DNA of 64,000 bases from Leptogorgia sarmentosa (lineage: Eukaryota), in the NCBI GenBank assembly GCA_964658305.1, contig OZ210885.1:496001-560000 (forward strand), given 5' to 3'. The notes below the pieces were generated by a model that was given only the letters and a program-made list of their open reading frames with translations, was not told the DNA's origin and did not search any database. A program made the translations under genes and the position numbers. Below, piece after piece: positions 12,086 through 23,803 of the stretch; position 1 is the first letter of the stretch; every line of letters starts with the position of its first letter.

Positions 12086-12838
12086 GGGACCGGTCATAGA
12101 GTATCTACAACCCCGGGGTGGAGGGTATTGTGATGGGGTGTGAAACTTTTCCCCACACATTTGATGGGGCACCAAATATTTTGACAACCAATTGTTTGGG
12201 TACGAAATCTTCAACAAGGACTAATATAGTAATATTAGAAATACTTCGACTGCATCAACTACGGTGTGGTCCTCAAGATCTGTCACTCATATAAATTTGT
12301 TGTCACTATTTTGTAAATTTAAATAAATATAAATTTACATGTCTACAATATATAAAATGTGCTATACAGAAGAGTATAACCTTCAGTACACAGGTGTCAA
12401 ATTTAATGACAACAGACTTATATCAATACTTTGATATATTAACCAACACTTGACTGTGCTTCAAACATTATCCATAAATCTAAATTTTAAAAATAGAAAT
12501 GGATAGTACTAGGCTGTCGGAAGTAAATCAATTTGGGGAGGGGCTCAAGAATTTTGCTTTACATACAAATGGAATACAATCCGCTCTGAATTTTATGTGA
12601 GACGTGGATCTGTAGTAACGAAAATGTTGCCAAGTACTGTAAGTACACTATGGCTGTTGTATTTATACATATTTCGATATTTAAAATTTTAGTGTATGGC
12701 CTATAGGGTACGAAATATTTTAGTCATATTTGAATGGGGCTCGAAATTTTTCCCTTACGTTTGTGAGGTTTAATTTTTTTAAAAAATCAGGGGCTATACC
12801 CTCCACCCCGGGGTTGTAGATACTTTATGACCGGTCCC
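12086..12838. mobile_element. PIF/Harbinger (Tourist-like) non-autonomous element
   Basis: ~40-bp TIRs gggaccggtcatagagtatctacaaccccggggtggagggtat; 3-bp TTA TSD (12083-12085, 12839-12841). The paralogous copy at ~9538 has the empty site ctcatta|tctatgcg. Confidence 0.9.
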
Positions 12839-13233
12839 TTATCTATGCGATAGCATTATCTAGGAAAGAAAAATAACACGATAGCTGTCACGTATCAGAT
12901 ACAAAGGTCACAGTGTGATTCCAAGGTCAGGGTGTACGTCGGTATCCGACCACAGAAGTCTCTGGAAGACTCATAGCACATTGCCTGTACTTTAGATATT
13001 ACTATTAAATGTACTGCGCATTGTTAGGTTCAAAACAGAAGAGAAAAACAGGAGAGAATACAGTTCTCAGAGACCACAGAAGTCTCTGGAAGACTCATAG
13101 CACATTGCCTGTCCTCTGCAGTTATTACATTATTTTGAAACAAATCAAATCTTGAGCAAACACGATAATCTGTGACATTACTAACATTATTTCGTGTTTC
13201 TTTTAGATCGATGAAACTTGAAAGCCATCAATC

Positions 13234-16200
13234 ATGATGAAATACAAGATTACTGTGGAAACTGGTACTTTACGTGGGGCTGGCACAGATGCGTCTGTTT
13301 CAATCAAACTCACTGGTAAGCGAATATTTTGATTTCTCATTGCTTGTGTTGAAATTTAAAGATATACATTGACCTGAAACAAACGAGAAAATCGGGGAAT
13401 CCTCAAACAGCAGAAAGAACCAGTCCGGAAATACTCACATTCCAACGAAGCCAAATTGCGATGCACTTGGAGATACTTTGGTCTGAAAATATTCGATTTG
13501 AGAGAACGTTACATTTCTTTTTATTGGCGCCAATATTATTTCTCTTCACAGCTAAAAATGTTGCACAGATTAGTATTTTTTCTATATTATAACTTCTTAA
13601 AATAATAACCTTAATTACTGCACACAACTTAAATAATTTTTTTTTCAGAATTAGAAATTGTTCTGTCTCTACGAAATAGTGATACTGATTTATTTTGCCA
13701 AGGCCAAAGACGGAATTTAAGAAAATAGGAAGTTTTAATTTTCTTATAATGCCTCATTTCTTTGGAATAATTTACCAAACTGAAGTGACAAACTTGTTAT
13801 TGACCGAGCGTGAGGTCTGTACTGTGAAATATCAGAGCTAGGTTTTTTAGTATGGACCGAGCGACGAAGGAGCGAGGTCAATGCAAAAAACTGAGGTCTA
13901 ATATTTCCCATGCAGAGCTACAGACCGAGCAAGTGAGGTCAATAATCTGTTTATTACCTGGCTGAATTGAGTCTTTGAGCATTTGCTTTTCACCCGAATT
14001 AAATCAGGTTTATCGGGCAACAGTACGGTAGACATACATGCTCAATAATGAAAAACAATTTAGTTGTTTGAAATTTTAAATTGGAAAATTAAAAAGCAAA
14101 AATCTTTCCTGTTTGTAAAGCGAAATTGCCCGCCAGATAAACGACATCCGCGACACCGGTCCAGATACGGAAAGTACGGACCACGGTCCGGATAATGGGT
14201 TTTTACCGACCGCTTGTCGACCAATCAGAATAGAGAAGAAAATAGGAAAAGCTAAGCCATATACTGAGAAAGTCGTTTCTCGACCTTTTTCCAACAATTA
14301 TTATGTACAGTCTTGTTGATGTCAAGTCAGGGATTTTTTTAAGATCAGTGTTGATCACTCCCCTTTACATTGAACTGCAAACCATGTGCCTGCGATATTT
14401 ACTGGAGTTCAGCTAATGCTTCTTTACCCGGGTATAAATTACCGTGCGGAAGTAAGTCCCGTCAACATTCCGCGTCGTTGGCTTGGGGATAAAAAATTTA
14501 CCGTTTTAAATGTCATCGTGTTGCAGGCTATTTCGTTGTTTGATCAACTAATTACATAAATTCACTATTTATCTAACATTCTCTCTTGCATGCGTGTGCA
14601 TTGACAGGTAGAAATGGACATGAAACAAAGAAATTCTCGCTCGACAAGTTTTTTCACAACGACTTCGAACGAGGTGACACGGACATTTATGACGTAAGTG
14701 GTGATGACGTTGGAGATGTTGTAATGATCACCTTGAATAATAATGGAATGGGCTTGAAAAGTGATTGGTATATTGCTAAAGTCATTGTGGAGAAGGTTAC
14801 GGAAGGTGGAGATGAAAAATTTGAGTTTCCTTGCTATCGCTGGGTTGTCGATCATTTGGTAGTCTTTGAAGGCAAAGGTAAAGTACCATGTGATCTGAAT
14901 TGAAAATAGGAACGAATCAAGGCATTGCATTATATCCTTCTTTACAAAAGGGCCCCTACCTTGTAATACGCAAGTTTCACGAGTCATTATAAAGTGAATA
15001 TTATAGCAGACAGTCTCCATCGCTCTAAGGCTTTATATACGTAGTTCTATTGAAAGAAGAAATCACACAAATGTGAATATTCAGTGGGATTCAAATGCAG
15101 TAACCCTGTGATTCTCTCACATTTAGGGCTCATTGCAAATTCTAAAGATAGTTGCGAAGTCATTGCTAAGAAACGCAAAATTGAAGTGAATCAAAACAGG
15201 GAACTATACAAGTGGGGCAACGATCCAAGATATACTGAAGATCTTCCAGGATTTATGGATGGCGAAGATCCGAAGTCTTTACCAAAAGACGTCCAGTTTA
15301 CTGACGAGGCCACGTTATCCCTATTCCGAGTAGGTTTGGTAGATTTTGAAAATCTTGGCTTGAGTCATATTTTTGATGTCTGGGATTCATGGGATTGCTT
15401 GGAAGATTTCCGACAACTCATCACTCCAGTTATTCCTGGCGGTCTCCCTCACGCAGCTGAGTACTGGCGAGATGACGTGTGGTTTGGATCACAATTCCTT
15501 AACGGCTCCAATCCTGAAGTGATCAGAAAATGTAAAAAGCTTCCGAATAATTTCCCCGTGAAGAATGAAATGGTAGACGAACTGTTGGACCGTGAGTATA
15601 ATTTGGAAAAAGCGATTAAGGTATTATAAATGCCACAATTTTTTGCTTCACCCTGTTGGGAATATGGCCGTGTGGGATGAATGTCTTTTGTATTGTGTAT
15701 AATTGTATTACGTAATTGAATTCTGTTCTGTGGATGTATTGTTCTGTATTGTGTAATTAAATCAAGATGTATGTAAATGTGAATGTAAATGTAAATGTAA
15801 ATTAGCTTGTGTATATAAGGTCGTCGAACTAGACAAACTTAGGTGTGACTGTACTGTGTGATTTTTTTTATCTATCGGAAGTTGAGAAATTCAAGGAGCA
15901 GTTGTAGTCTATTTTATTAGGATATCGCGGCAGAACCCGGCGACAACCCTTTGACACGTAATTTGTTAAGCTCTCCAAAACAGTTTCGTGCAATTTTCGT
16001 CCTGCCTTGTTATCATTTTCCAGGAAAATTAGAATTTTCTCTCTGCGTATTAAAAATCTGGCCTGATGATAAACTTGCATGGGGATTGATGACATTGTTA
16101 TTGCATGATGAAGAAATGATTGCCTAATTAAGAAGATAAAACACAGTTTTTGCTTTTCTTCTCTTTAGCATGGCTTGATCTTCCTCGTTGACTACAAAAT

Positions 16201-18387
16201 CCTTGAAGGAGTGGGAACAATGGACAAACCAAACGATAAGCGTTACATCACACCAGCAATGGGGCTGTTTTACCTCAAAAAAAACGACGATATGGTGCCA
16301 ATTGCCATTCAACTAGGTCAGCAGCCTGGCCCCAACACACCAATATGGACGCCTCAACAAGACACAGAATGGGACTGGATTATGGCAAAACTTTGGCTTC
16401 GTTGCTCTGACACACAGTATCATCAGGTAAATCAGTTAAACTCTACAGTGTATATAATTTATTTCACTAATAATTCATGTAATTTTAAGTAATTGTATTT
16501 TTTGTATATTCTTAATCTCTTTTATAAGTCTTTTACAGGACCCGACTGAAAATCATGTTGTATGATGTAGGCTTTCTGAATAAAGATGTTACTTACTATT
16601 ATTATTATCTATAAATGTGGTTCACATATTCCCGTTGTAGATGATTTCCCATCTTCTTCGTTGTCATTTAATGATGGAACCACCTGCAGTGGCCTCTTGG
16701 CGCAATCTTTCATCTGTTCATCCAGTCTGGAAGCTTTTATATCCGCACACCAAAGGAATTATGGCGATCAACACTCTTGGCCGCAGAGATTTGATTCCAG
16801 AGGGTGGTGTGGCTGACAAAGTTCTCAGTATCGGTGGTGGAGGCCAAGTCACCATAATGCAGAAGCACTACAGAAGTGTGACATTTGATAGTTATGATTT
16901 GATCAAAGATCTCACTGATCGTGGTGTCAAAGATCTACGAAAATTCCGTTACAAAAATGATGCTTTGCTTCTCTGGGATGCCATCCATCAGTTTGTGAAA
17001 GATATCATTCACATTTACTACAAAGACGACACTGATGTTCAAAAGGTAAATGATTGCATGACCATGGTGTTATATAATAATTATTGTCATGTTAATTTTG
17101 GTAAGGTATGTAACATACTATTAAGACTATCTTTATTTTATAGTCGTATTATGCATGAATGTCTGCGAAATGAAAATCTACCACTATTCATAAGCCAAAT
17201 TAAACGTTGTTTCATTACTAATGTCCTTATTTCCTTTACTGTGCTTAACATGCTACCAGCCACCCTTACTATAATGACTGTTGCATGAAAATCCATTTAC
17301 CTGCATGACTGGGTTATTTATTACATATTTTAAAGCTGCTTGTCCCTGCATTACTTTCACCGTTGGTTTCAGCCGATTTTATCTCATGTTGTTTAGGATA
17401 ATGAGATTCAAGACTGGATTCGTGATCTCCATGATAACGGCTACAAATCTGGAAGCGACAATGTGGATAAAAAAGTGCCGCAGTCGTTCAAGAAACGTGA
17501 CGAACTCATCCATTTTCTCACCATCGTTATCTTCACCTGTTCTTGCCAACATGCTGCTGTGAACTTCTCTCAGTTAGCTACATATGGTTTCCATCCCAAT
17601 GCTCCAACATTGATGAGACAACCACCGCCTACCAAAAGAGGACAAGTGGATCTCACTGCCGTTATGTCCACTCTGGCAAATAAACATCAAGCTGGTGTAA
17701 TGGTCAGCATTGTGAATGCCTTAACTACGATTTATCCAACTGAGGTGAGTTATAGAATAATGTAAACTGAAGTTATCATTTGGAATGAAAGCATAGGTAT
17801 GCTTAGCGTCAGTGGCGTAACGTGGCCAGGTGCCGCTGGGGGCAAATGTCAAGAACGCCGCCCCGAACCCTTGTTGTTGTCCGAGGGCGACTTGTGTGTC
17901 TGTTGCGCACGTAATTTGAAATGACAACAAATATTTTGGCCTCGTTTGTATCGTAGTAGCTGGAACTTAATTAATAATAGTCTCCTGAAACCCCCATGAA
18001 TGTCCAATGGCTTGGATGTTGGTGGAAATTCATTTTCCGGAAATGAGGGGGGGGGGGGGGGGGCGCAACATGTCACTAACTTGCCGGAATAGGTATAACT
18101 TTCAAACCATCTTGTCAACTGTTCACGATTTCCAACCAATTCGGCAAATCGACGAGAGGTGGAGGCAATAATGATAACTAATTATTTAAACATGTCTTTG
18201 ATTTTAGAAATTTCTCGGTGATTATGCCGACAATCTGTTTGGTGATGCTTCAGCACAAGCTGCTATGGCGAAATTCAAGGCTGAGCTTGAAGTGATAGCA
18301 GAGAAAATCAACAAAAGAAATGAAGGAATGGTCTCTCCTTATGCATGGCTTCTACCTGGTCGTGTACCAAACAGTATCGCCATTTGA
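13234..18387 (+). CDS. Arachidonate 11R-lipoxygenase (PLAT + LOX domains), ~678 aa, 7 coding exons
   Basis: Exons 13234-13315, 14608-14877, 15127-15620, 16169-16426, 16641-17045, 17397-17744, 18208-18387, all GT-AG and in frame (2037 nt). PLAT start MMKYKITVETGTLRGAGTDASV; iron ligands in HQMISHLLRCH, QHAAVNF and C-terminal PNSIAI; Gly at the Coffa-Brash site (INTLGR). Resembles Gersemia fruticosa 11R-LOX from memory. AATAAA at 18587. Confidence 0.93.
13795..14263 (-). mobile_element. Terminal-hairpin non-autonomous element in LOX intron 1
   Basis: Imperfect hairpin ttattgaccgagc...cgagcgacgaaggagcgagg...gaggtcaataa at one end and ccaatcag...agccatata at the other; related copy at ~41498-42070. 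Confidence 0.55.
17810..18070. mobile_element. Truncated hAT-type MITE in the last LOX intron
   Basis: Starts with the cagtggcgtaacg terminus also seen at 7379; poly-G run; no matching right TIR found. Confidence 0.45.
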
Positions 18388-19279
18388 CGAGTCAGAACAC
18401 TGCCACTGTTATTTAATTTAATGCTTCGATTTCGCTTTTTGATAATTGAAATGTAAAATGCAGGTTTTATACGCAGTCACACTTATATATCATGTGCTAT
18501 CCTTCGCCTGCTTAATGCTTTTAGTTGCATAATTTTTAATTTTAATCATATACAGCAAATAGCTAATGTGCTGTACTAAATATAACAATAAAGTTTGGAA
18601 AACAAGCATTTGTTCCGACTAATGATCGCAACAGAGTGTTTACATCAATCTTCACATTTAGATCAGTATAGAAGTATCACAACTGAACTGGATAGAGTGA
18701 ATTTGGAATTAAATCAAATTAGCGCATTAATATTTTTGAATTGAGAAGCGTTTGTTGCATAGGCGTACGGGAACATTTCTTTTTCGGGGGGGGGGGGGGG
18801 GGGCTGCCCGAATTACATGACGTCATAGATTTCGTGACGTCATTATAAATTATATAATCTGAGAATACTATAAATGAAAAGCTTTCCTTTGAAGATTGAT
18901 ATAAAAAGTAATATGTCGTCCCTAGCCATTTCAATTATAAGCTAAATATATTCATTACGAATTACAGAAAGAGAAGGTTACTAACGGAACAACATTTAAT
19001 TTGATTTATGAAATCCTCTCATGTACAGCACTAGACGTGCAAGGAATTCAGTTTAGCAAAATGACAAATAAGTTCAGATTTCTGTCCCATTTTATGGATC
19101 AATATATTCATCTAATCATCAGACCGTCGCTGCCCGAATGAGAAAAAAATTTTTGCCCGAATAGATGAATTCTCAAAAAATTTGGAGGGGCTGCAGCCCC
19201 GCGCCAAGCCCTCCCCCCCCCCCGTATGCCATTGGGTTTTGTGCATGGAATGGAAAGGAAAAGACAAACAATTGCACTT

Positions 19280-19512
19280 CAGGGGTCGGTTGTTCGAAAG
19301 TCGGATAACTTTATCCACTACATGGATAGTGATTTTTTTAACTGTTGTAAAAATGATCAAAAAGCCATAGGTATGGTCCTGGCAGTTGATGCAGCAAAAA
19401 TCCAACTTTGAAATGCCAAAGTTTAATCTGAACCAGATCGATGAACGGGTTGTTTTTGGAGGCTTGAAAACATCGCTATTCGATGGATAGCACTATCCAA
19501 CTTTCGAACACT
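19280..19512. mobile_element. Degenerate MITE
   Basis: Imperfect TIRs ggttgttcgaaagtcggataactttatcca / tggatagcactatccaactttcgaaca; same terminal style as 32201-32438. Confidence 0.6.
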
Positions 19513-20528
19513 CACTCAACCCGCGTGAAAATTATCGTTTTTCTATTTAACAATTAGACAACGAGGCCGAGTTGTCTATACGCTCAAAGACAACGAGGTC
19601 GAGTTGTCTAATTGTTTTAGTATGCACTCTATGCCCAGAATTATTTATATCAAGAAAATTCTTCAGAAGCCTCAGCGAAACGCGAGTTTTCTGCAGTATC
19701 CATATTGTTTTCCTTTGCTTTTTCGCGAACTGTTGTCTATCACAGAATAGACGACGGCTGAGTAGCCAATCAGAATGTAGCATTTGTAATAGACGATTGA
19801 GCTCTCCACCAATCAACGCCCGCGTGATTCTAAAAGGCTATTTTATGAAAATAATAATAACATCTGGGGAAGGCTTCTAATAAACTCTCGGATAAGACAG
19901 TGCGCGACATGCACAAATCAAAAATAATCGTTCTTGGTTTAAAGGATGAATAATATAATCATCATTTCTACATTCCGACAAATATTGCTTCCGAGATCAG
20001 TGTTTTTAGGTTTTCAAGATAATCAAGGGGATGTCGGAGACAGGCACTATATTATATAAGATCAGATATGATAACGTTATGATGTATACAAATGTCAAAT
20101 ATTTAATCATACTGACGATAGAGAGGGACTGGCGCTGAACACACATAATTATATGTAGCCGTAAATTTAACATAAAAAGTTCAAAGTGAGTTCAAAGCGA
20201 GTGAGAGAGATAGTGTAACGAAACTAAGTTGTGGTAATTATATACATTTCAAGGCACATAATTCACCAAATGGATGTCATGCACACAGAGCCATGTCTCT
20301 TGCAACTTGTGAGAGAGATGTAAAGTTTGCAAATACGTATCGATATCATCATTGCATTCTACAATCCTGGATTTTCTAATAAAAGTGTCCAGAGTAAATT
20401 AAATCATTTGAATTAGGAATTTTAATAACCGTATACCATCACACCAGTTTCACTTTAGACTCAAAAATCTCAAAATTAGATATTAAACGGGGGTTGTTTA
20501 GTACGTATAGGTTGTTACATAATGAATC

Positions 20529-23500
20529 CTAATCAAGATATAAAACCTCAATTTCCGAGGGAGTGAAGTAGTAGTTTCCTGCCAGAAGTGATTGTGTTTG
20601 GCGAGTGTTGAAAATGTAACCAGGTGGTGGTTGAAAGGTATCGCCAAGATCTGTGGAAGAATAATCATTTGACCCAGCATTATCCACAATTTCCAAGTCA
20701 TAAGCAAAACTTGGACCCCAGCTCACATCTCGATAAATTACGGCAACGTCATGTTCATCTTTCAGCGGAGCTTTAAAAGGCGGAAGGTTGTCATGGTTGC
20801 GCAATGAAAACAGGAACGATCCTGGAGCAGATACCCAGTTTTCTAGAAACAAAATTATTATGCAATTATAATCAGATGTCATGCCTGTTATACAGGGTGT
20901 CCCCCAAAAAAGTGACCTCTACAGAAATCACTCTTTTGTTGTCAAACGTGGGTTTATTTAAATTAACTTCTGACGAACAGCAACAAAAGCGCGTGCTGTT
21001 ATAAATACGTTTTGCTGTTCTATAGAGGTCACTTTTTTGGGACACCCTGTATATAGATAGAGAAGTAATTATATTTCATTTATTTATATCAATCTTAAAC
21101 TTTTCTGTCTTTGGACTATTCTAAATAAAATGCTCAAAAAAACGTATCATCATGCTTGCTTTAAATGCAGCTTGAGATTTCTTTGAGGTGGTATATAGTT
21201 GATGAGGGTGGAGTCCATGAATTGTTTTCAAGCTTTAAATTGAATTTTCCGTATGTTCCAGGATTTCTCGCAATAGAAAACTCTCTTGAGCTTCTCAACT
21301 TTTCGACTTAATCTTTATTTTAAATTTTTCTCATGCATCTCAGCTTGTATTTTATGTGACAGTTTATAGTAATTGTTTCTATAAAATAACATATATATAA
21401 CGCGTGCTGATTGGCGAAAACCGTGTTTACATCAGGCCATCCAAACGTGGAAATTTATAAAGTGCATTCAATTTAAACATGCCTGACTCTGTTGTTGTTA
21501 TTTTATAAATTCGGCTCGTGATTTCGCAATATTCCAGCGTGTTTGAATCAGGCCATCCAAACACGGAAACCATAAAGTAATTGTTTAATACAAAAAAGAA
21601 TTAGACAATGAGTGTAGAAGCCAATCAGATTACAGCATTCGCAATACAATACTATTATGATTCTGGGAAATTATAATTATTGTCTTACCGTTCCCATTCC
21701 ATGATTCTGTTGAGTAACCACCAAACACGTACGTCTTGTTCCTTTTAACGACTTTTACAACAGTCAATGTTGGTATTTTCCCATCACATTTTGAATGGAA
21801 TACAGCACTTCCCCAACCGTCCACAGTGGCTCTCCAACAAATGCGCCACTTGCCTTTATCTGGCAGCCAGTCATCAAACATTTGTGTCAGTTCTTCTGGC
21901 TCTGCTGACAAAATGTTTGATTCGACGAAACTCACTAATAAAAATAGATTTTCGGATGTCACTGTCAAAGACTAGTACATAATTTACTTTCGTAATTCGT
22001 GGGGCAATCGCCTGTTCAGAAGCGACGTGGTGATCGATGGAATACCTCAAATTAATACAGTGTGATAGCCGTCATGCAATTTATATTCACAGCATTAGTC
22101 TTATATGAACCTCTAGGCCTAGTTCACGACGTGCCAATCTACTAACGAAAATCAGCTGAACCTTTAAGCACAGAACTAGTTAAACACATGGAAAGTTCGA
22201 CGTCTGAACTGTAGGCATTAGATTAGAGGATTTTTTTGCAGCAATACTTGATCTTGCCAAATAAAGATATCTTTACATTTCTCTATGACCACTTCTTGTG
22301 AACGATTTCCATAGCAACTTGCGTTGTATTCCTGTTGGGAATAAAAATTTCATTAATTTTATGATTCAATCACTTATATATTATGCTGATTTTTAGCAGA
22401 TACTATAAATCTTTCACAAATGATCAATCTATATAACGAAACTATGTATATTTATGACTGCCTCAAATTGTCAGTTTACAAAATAGCTCAAAGTATCCGG
22501 AAAAACCTTGAGTCGAAGAGAAGAAAACTCCTTCAAATATAACGCAGTTTTACTGCGACAAAAATATCGATTTTTAATTAATTCTGCATGCAATGTGACT
22601 ACGTACTTTATTGTAGTGCAATGCAAAGAACTGTTAGGTCGAAACTTGTTTTCAAGTAGGATTTGGTACAGGCTGGCGATAGCTAATAATTATTGAAACA
22701 AAGCCTCTATGATCATCATTATCAAGTGGATATACCCATAGGTTGTTATTTTATTATTGACTCCAATTTGATAATGAGTGAGAGGAAACATAAAGATGAC
22801 CTAAATACAATTAAATTATTCAAAACACCTTTGCTGGGTTCGCCAGGTAAGCGTAATCATAAGAAGAGTTTGCCTGCAAGAATTTTTCAGATGTATTGTA
22901 GACCATGTCATGCAACATTTCACAATTTGATTCATTCTTGAAAGTCTTTTTGAAGTTGATCGATCTACAACACAGTTCAGTGGCACATTCCATGATGCAA
23001 TTTATCCGTTGAGAGACGACTGTGGCCTTCAAAACTGTTGCATTCAGCCTGAAACCTGAAGGATGAGACAAAAATAAGGATTGACGGGGAAATAAATGAT
23101 GGGATTGCCCGGATCCTTTTACAATAACGAAAGCCATAGGGAGGTCTGCCATTTTATGACATCTTCAACTATGTGTGAAAAACTGCTTCTTTGGTTCAAT
23201 TTCATCTATTTTTCAGTTTGCAAACAATATAACCAGAGGCGTAGCCAGGATTTTGATGGTTCATTTGATAACCTTGTTATATTCAGATATAGCCATCAAC
23301 CAAGATCATGGGGGAGAATCATGGTTAAGAATTATGGTTGAGGACGATAGTTTAAGATAATGGTTGTATATGGCTGAGGATTATTGTTGAGGATCATAGT
23401 TGAGGATTATCGTTGAGGATTATTGTGATCAGGATTATGGTTGAGGATGATCGTTGAGGGTTAAGGTTGAGGGAGAAAATTTTTAAAGAATTAAATTTAA

Positions 23501-23803
23501 CTTCATATCTTAAATTAAGAATTATATTTGGGCACTTTTAAACCAAAGTTTTATTACTGCATACAAAAATCGATATTTGAAACGATACGAGCTAAAATAT
23601 GATCTACATTTCCTATATTCATGTGTTGTTCCTGTCGCTGTAACATCAGAAATTCGATCAATACGAAAACATTTCAGAATTTTACCTTCAAAGCTTGAAT
23701 TATAACAGATTGTCATCACTTCTTCCTCAGCTTGGTCCTGAACAGTTGGAGCCACAAGGGCCCCAGAGGTGAATGCGAACAGCAAATAAAATTTCTGATT
23801 CAT
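20529..23803 (-). CDS. Signal peptide + PAN/apple + TLDc protein, copy A, 339 aa, intact
   Basis: Exons 23803-23686 (MNQKFYLLFAFTSGALVA..), 23115-22829 (PAN: CIMECATELCCRSINF..NCEML), 22331-22277 (EYNASCYGN..), 21934-21689 (TLDc: CWRATVDGWGSAVFHSKCDGKIPTLTVVK..VFGGY) and 20842-20529 (SFLFSL..GPSF..DL..EIEVLY). Phases 1-0-1-1 join in frame, 1020 nt. Confidence 0.85.
20893..21049. mobile_element. Tc1/mariner-type MITE in the last intron of copy A
   Basis: TA-cagggtgtccc..aaaaaagtgacctcta / tagaggtcacttttttgggacaccctg-TA; absent at the equivalent position in copies B and C. Confidence 0.85.
23320..23473. repeat. Degenerate ~15-bp minisatellite (gttgaggattat..) in intron 1; also at ~29580-29693 and ~35975-36123
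   Basis: Repeated gttgaggat(t/c/g)at units in all three paralogs. Confidence 0.8.

Noticed and set aside
9647..13112. Thrice-repeated ~40-bp partly palindromic motif resembling a CRISPR repeat
   Set aside because: Irregular spacing, embedded in larger duplications, eukaryotic context and no cas genes.
7940..13233. Possible catalase-like allene oxide synthase exons upstream of LOX (AOS-LOX fusion)
   Set aside because: No such coding sequence is visible; the LOX begins with its own Met at the PLAT domain.
23096..23360. Plus-strand ORFs repeated in the array (also 29337-29597, 25720-25992, 31950-32231)
   Set aside because: Antisense or intergenic frames that recur only because of the recent duplication; no recognisable protein features.
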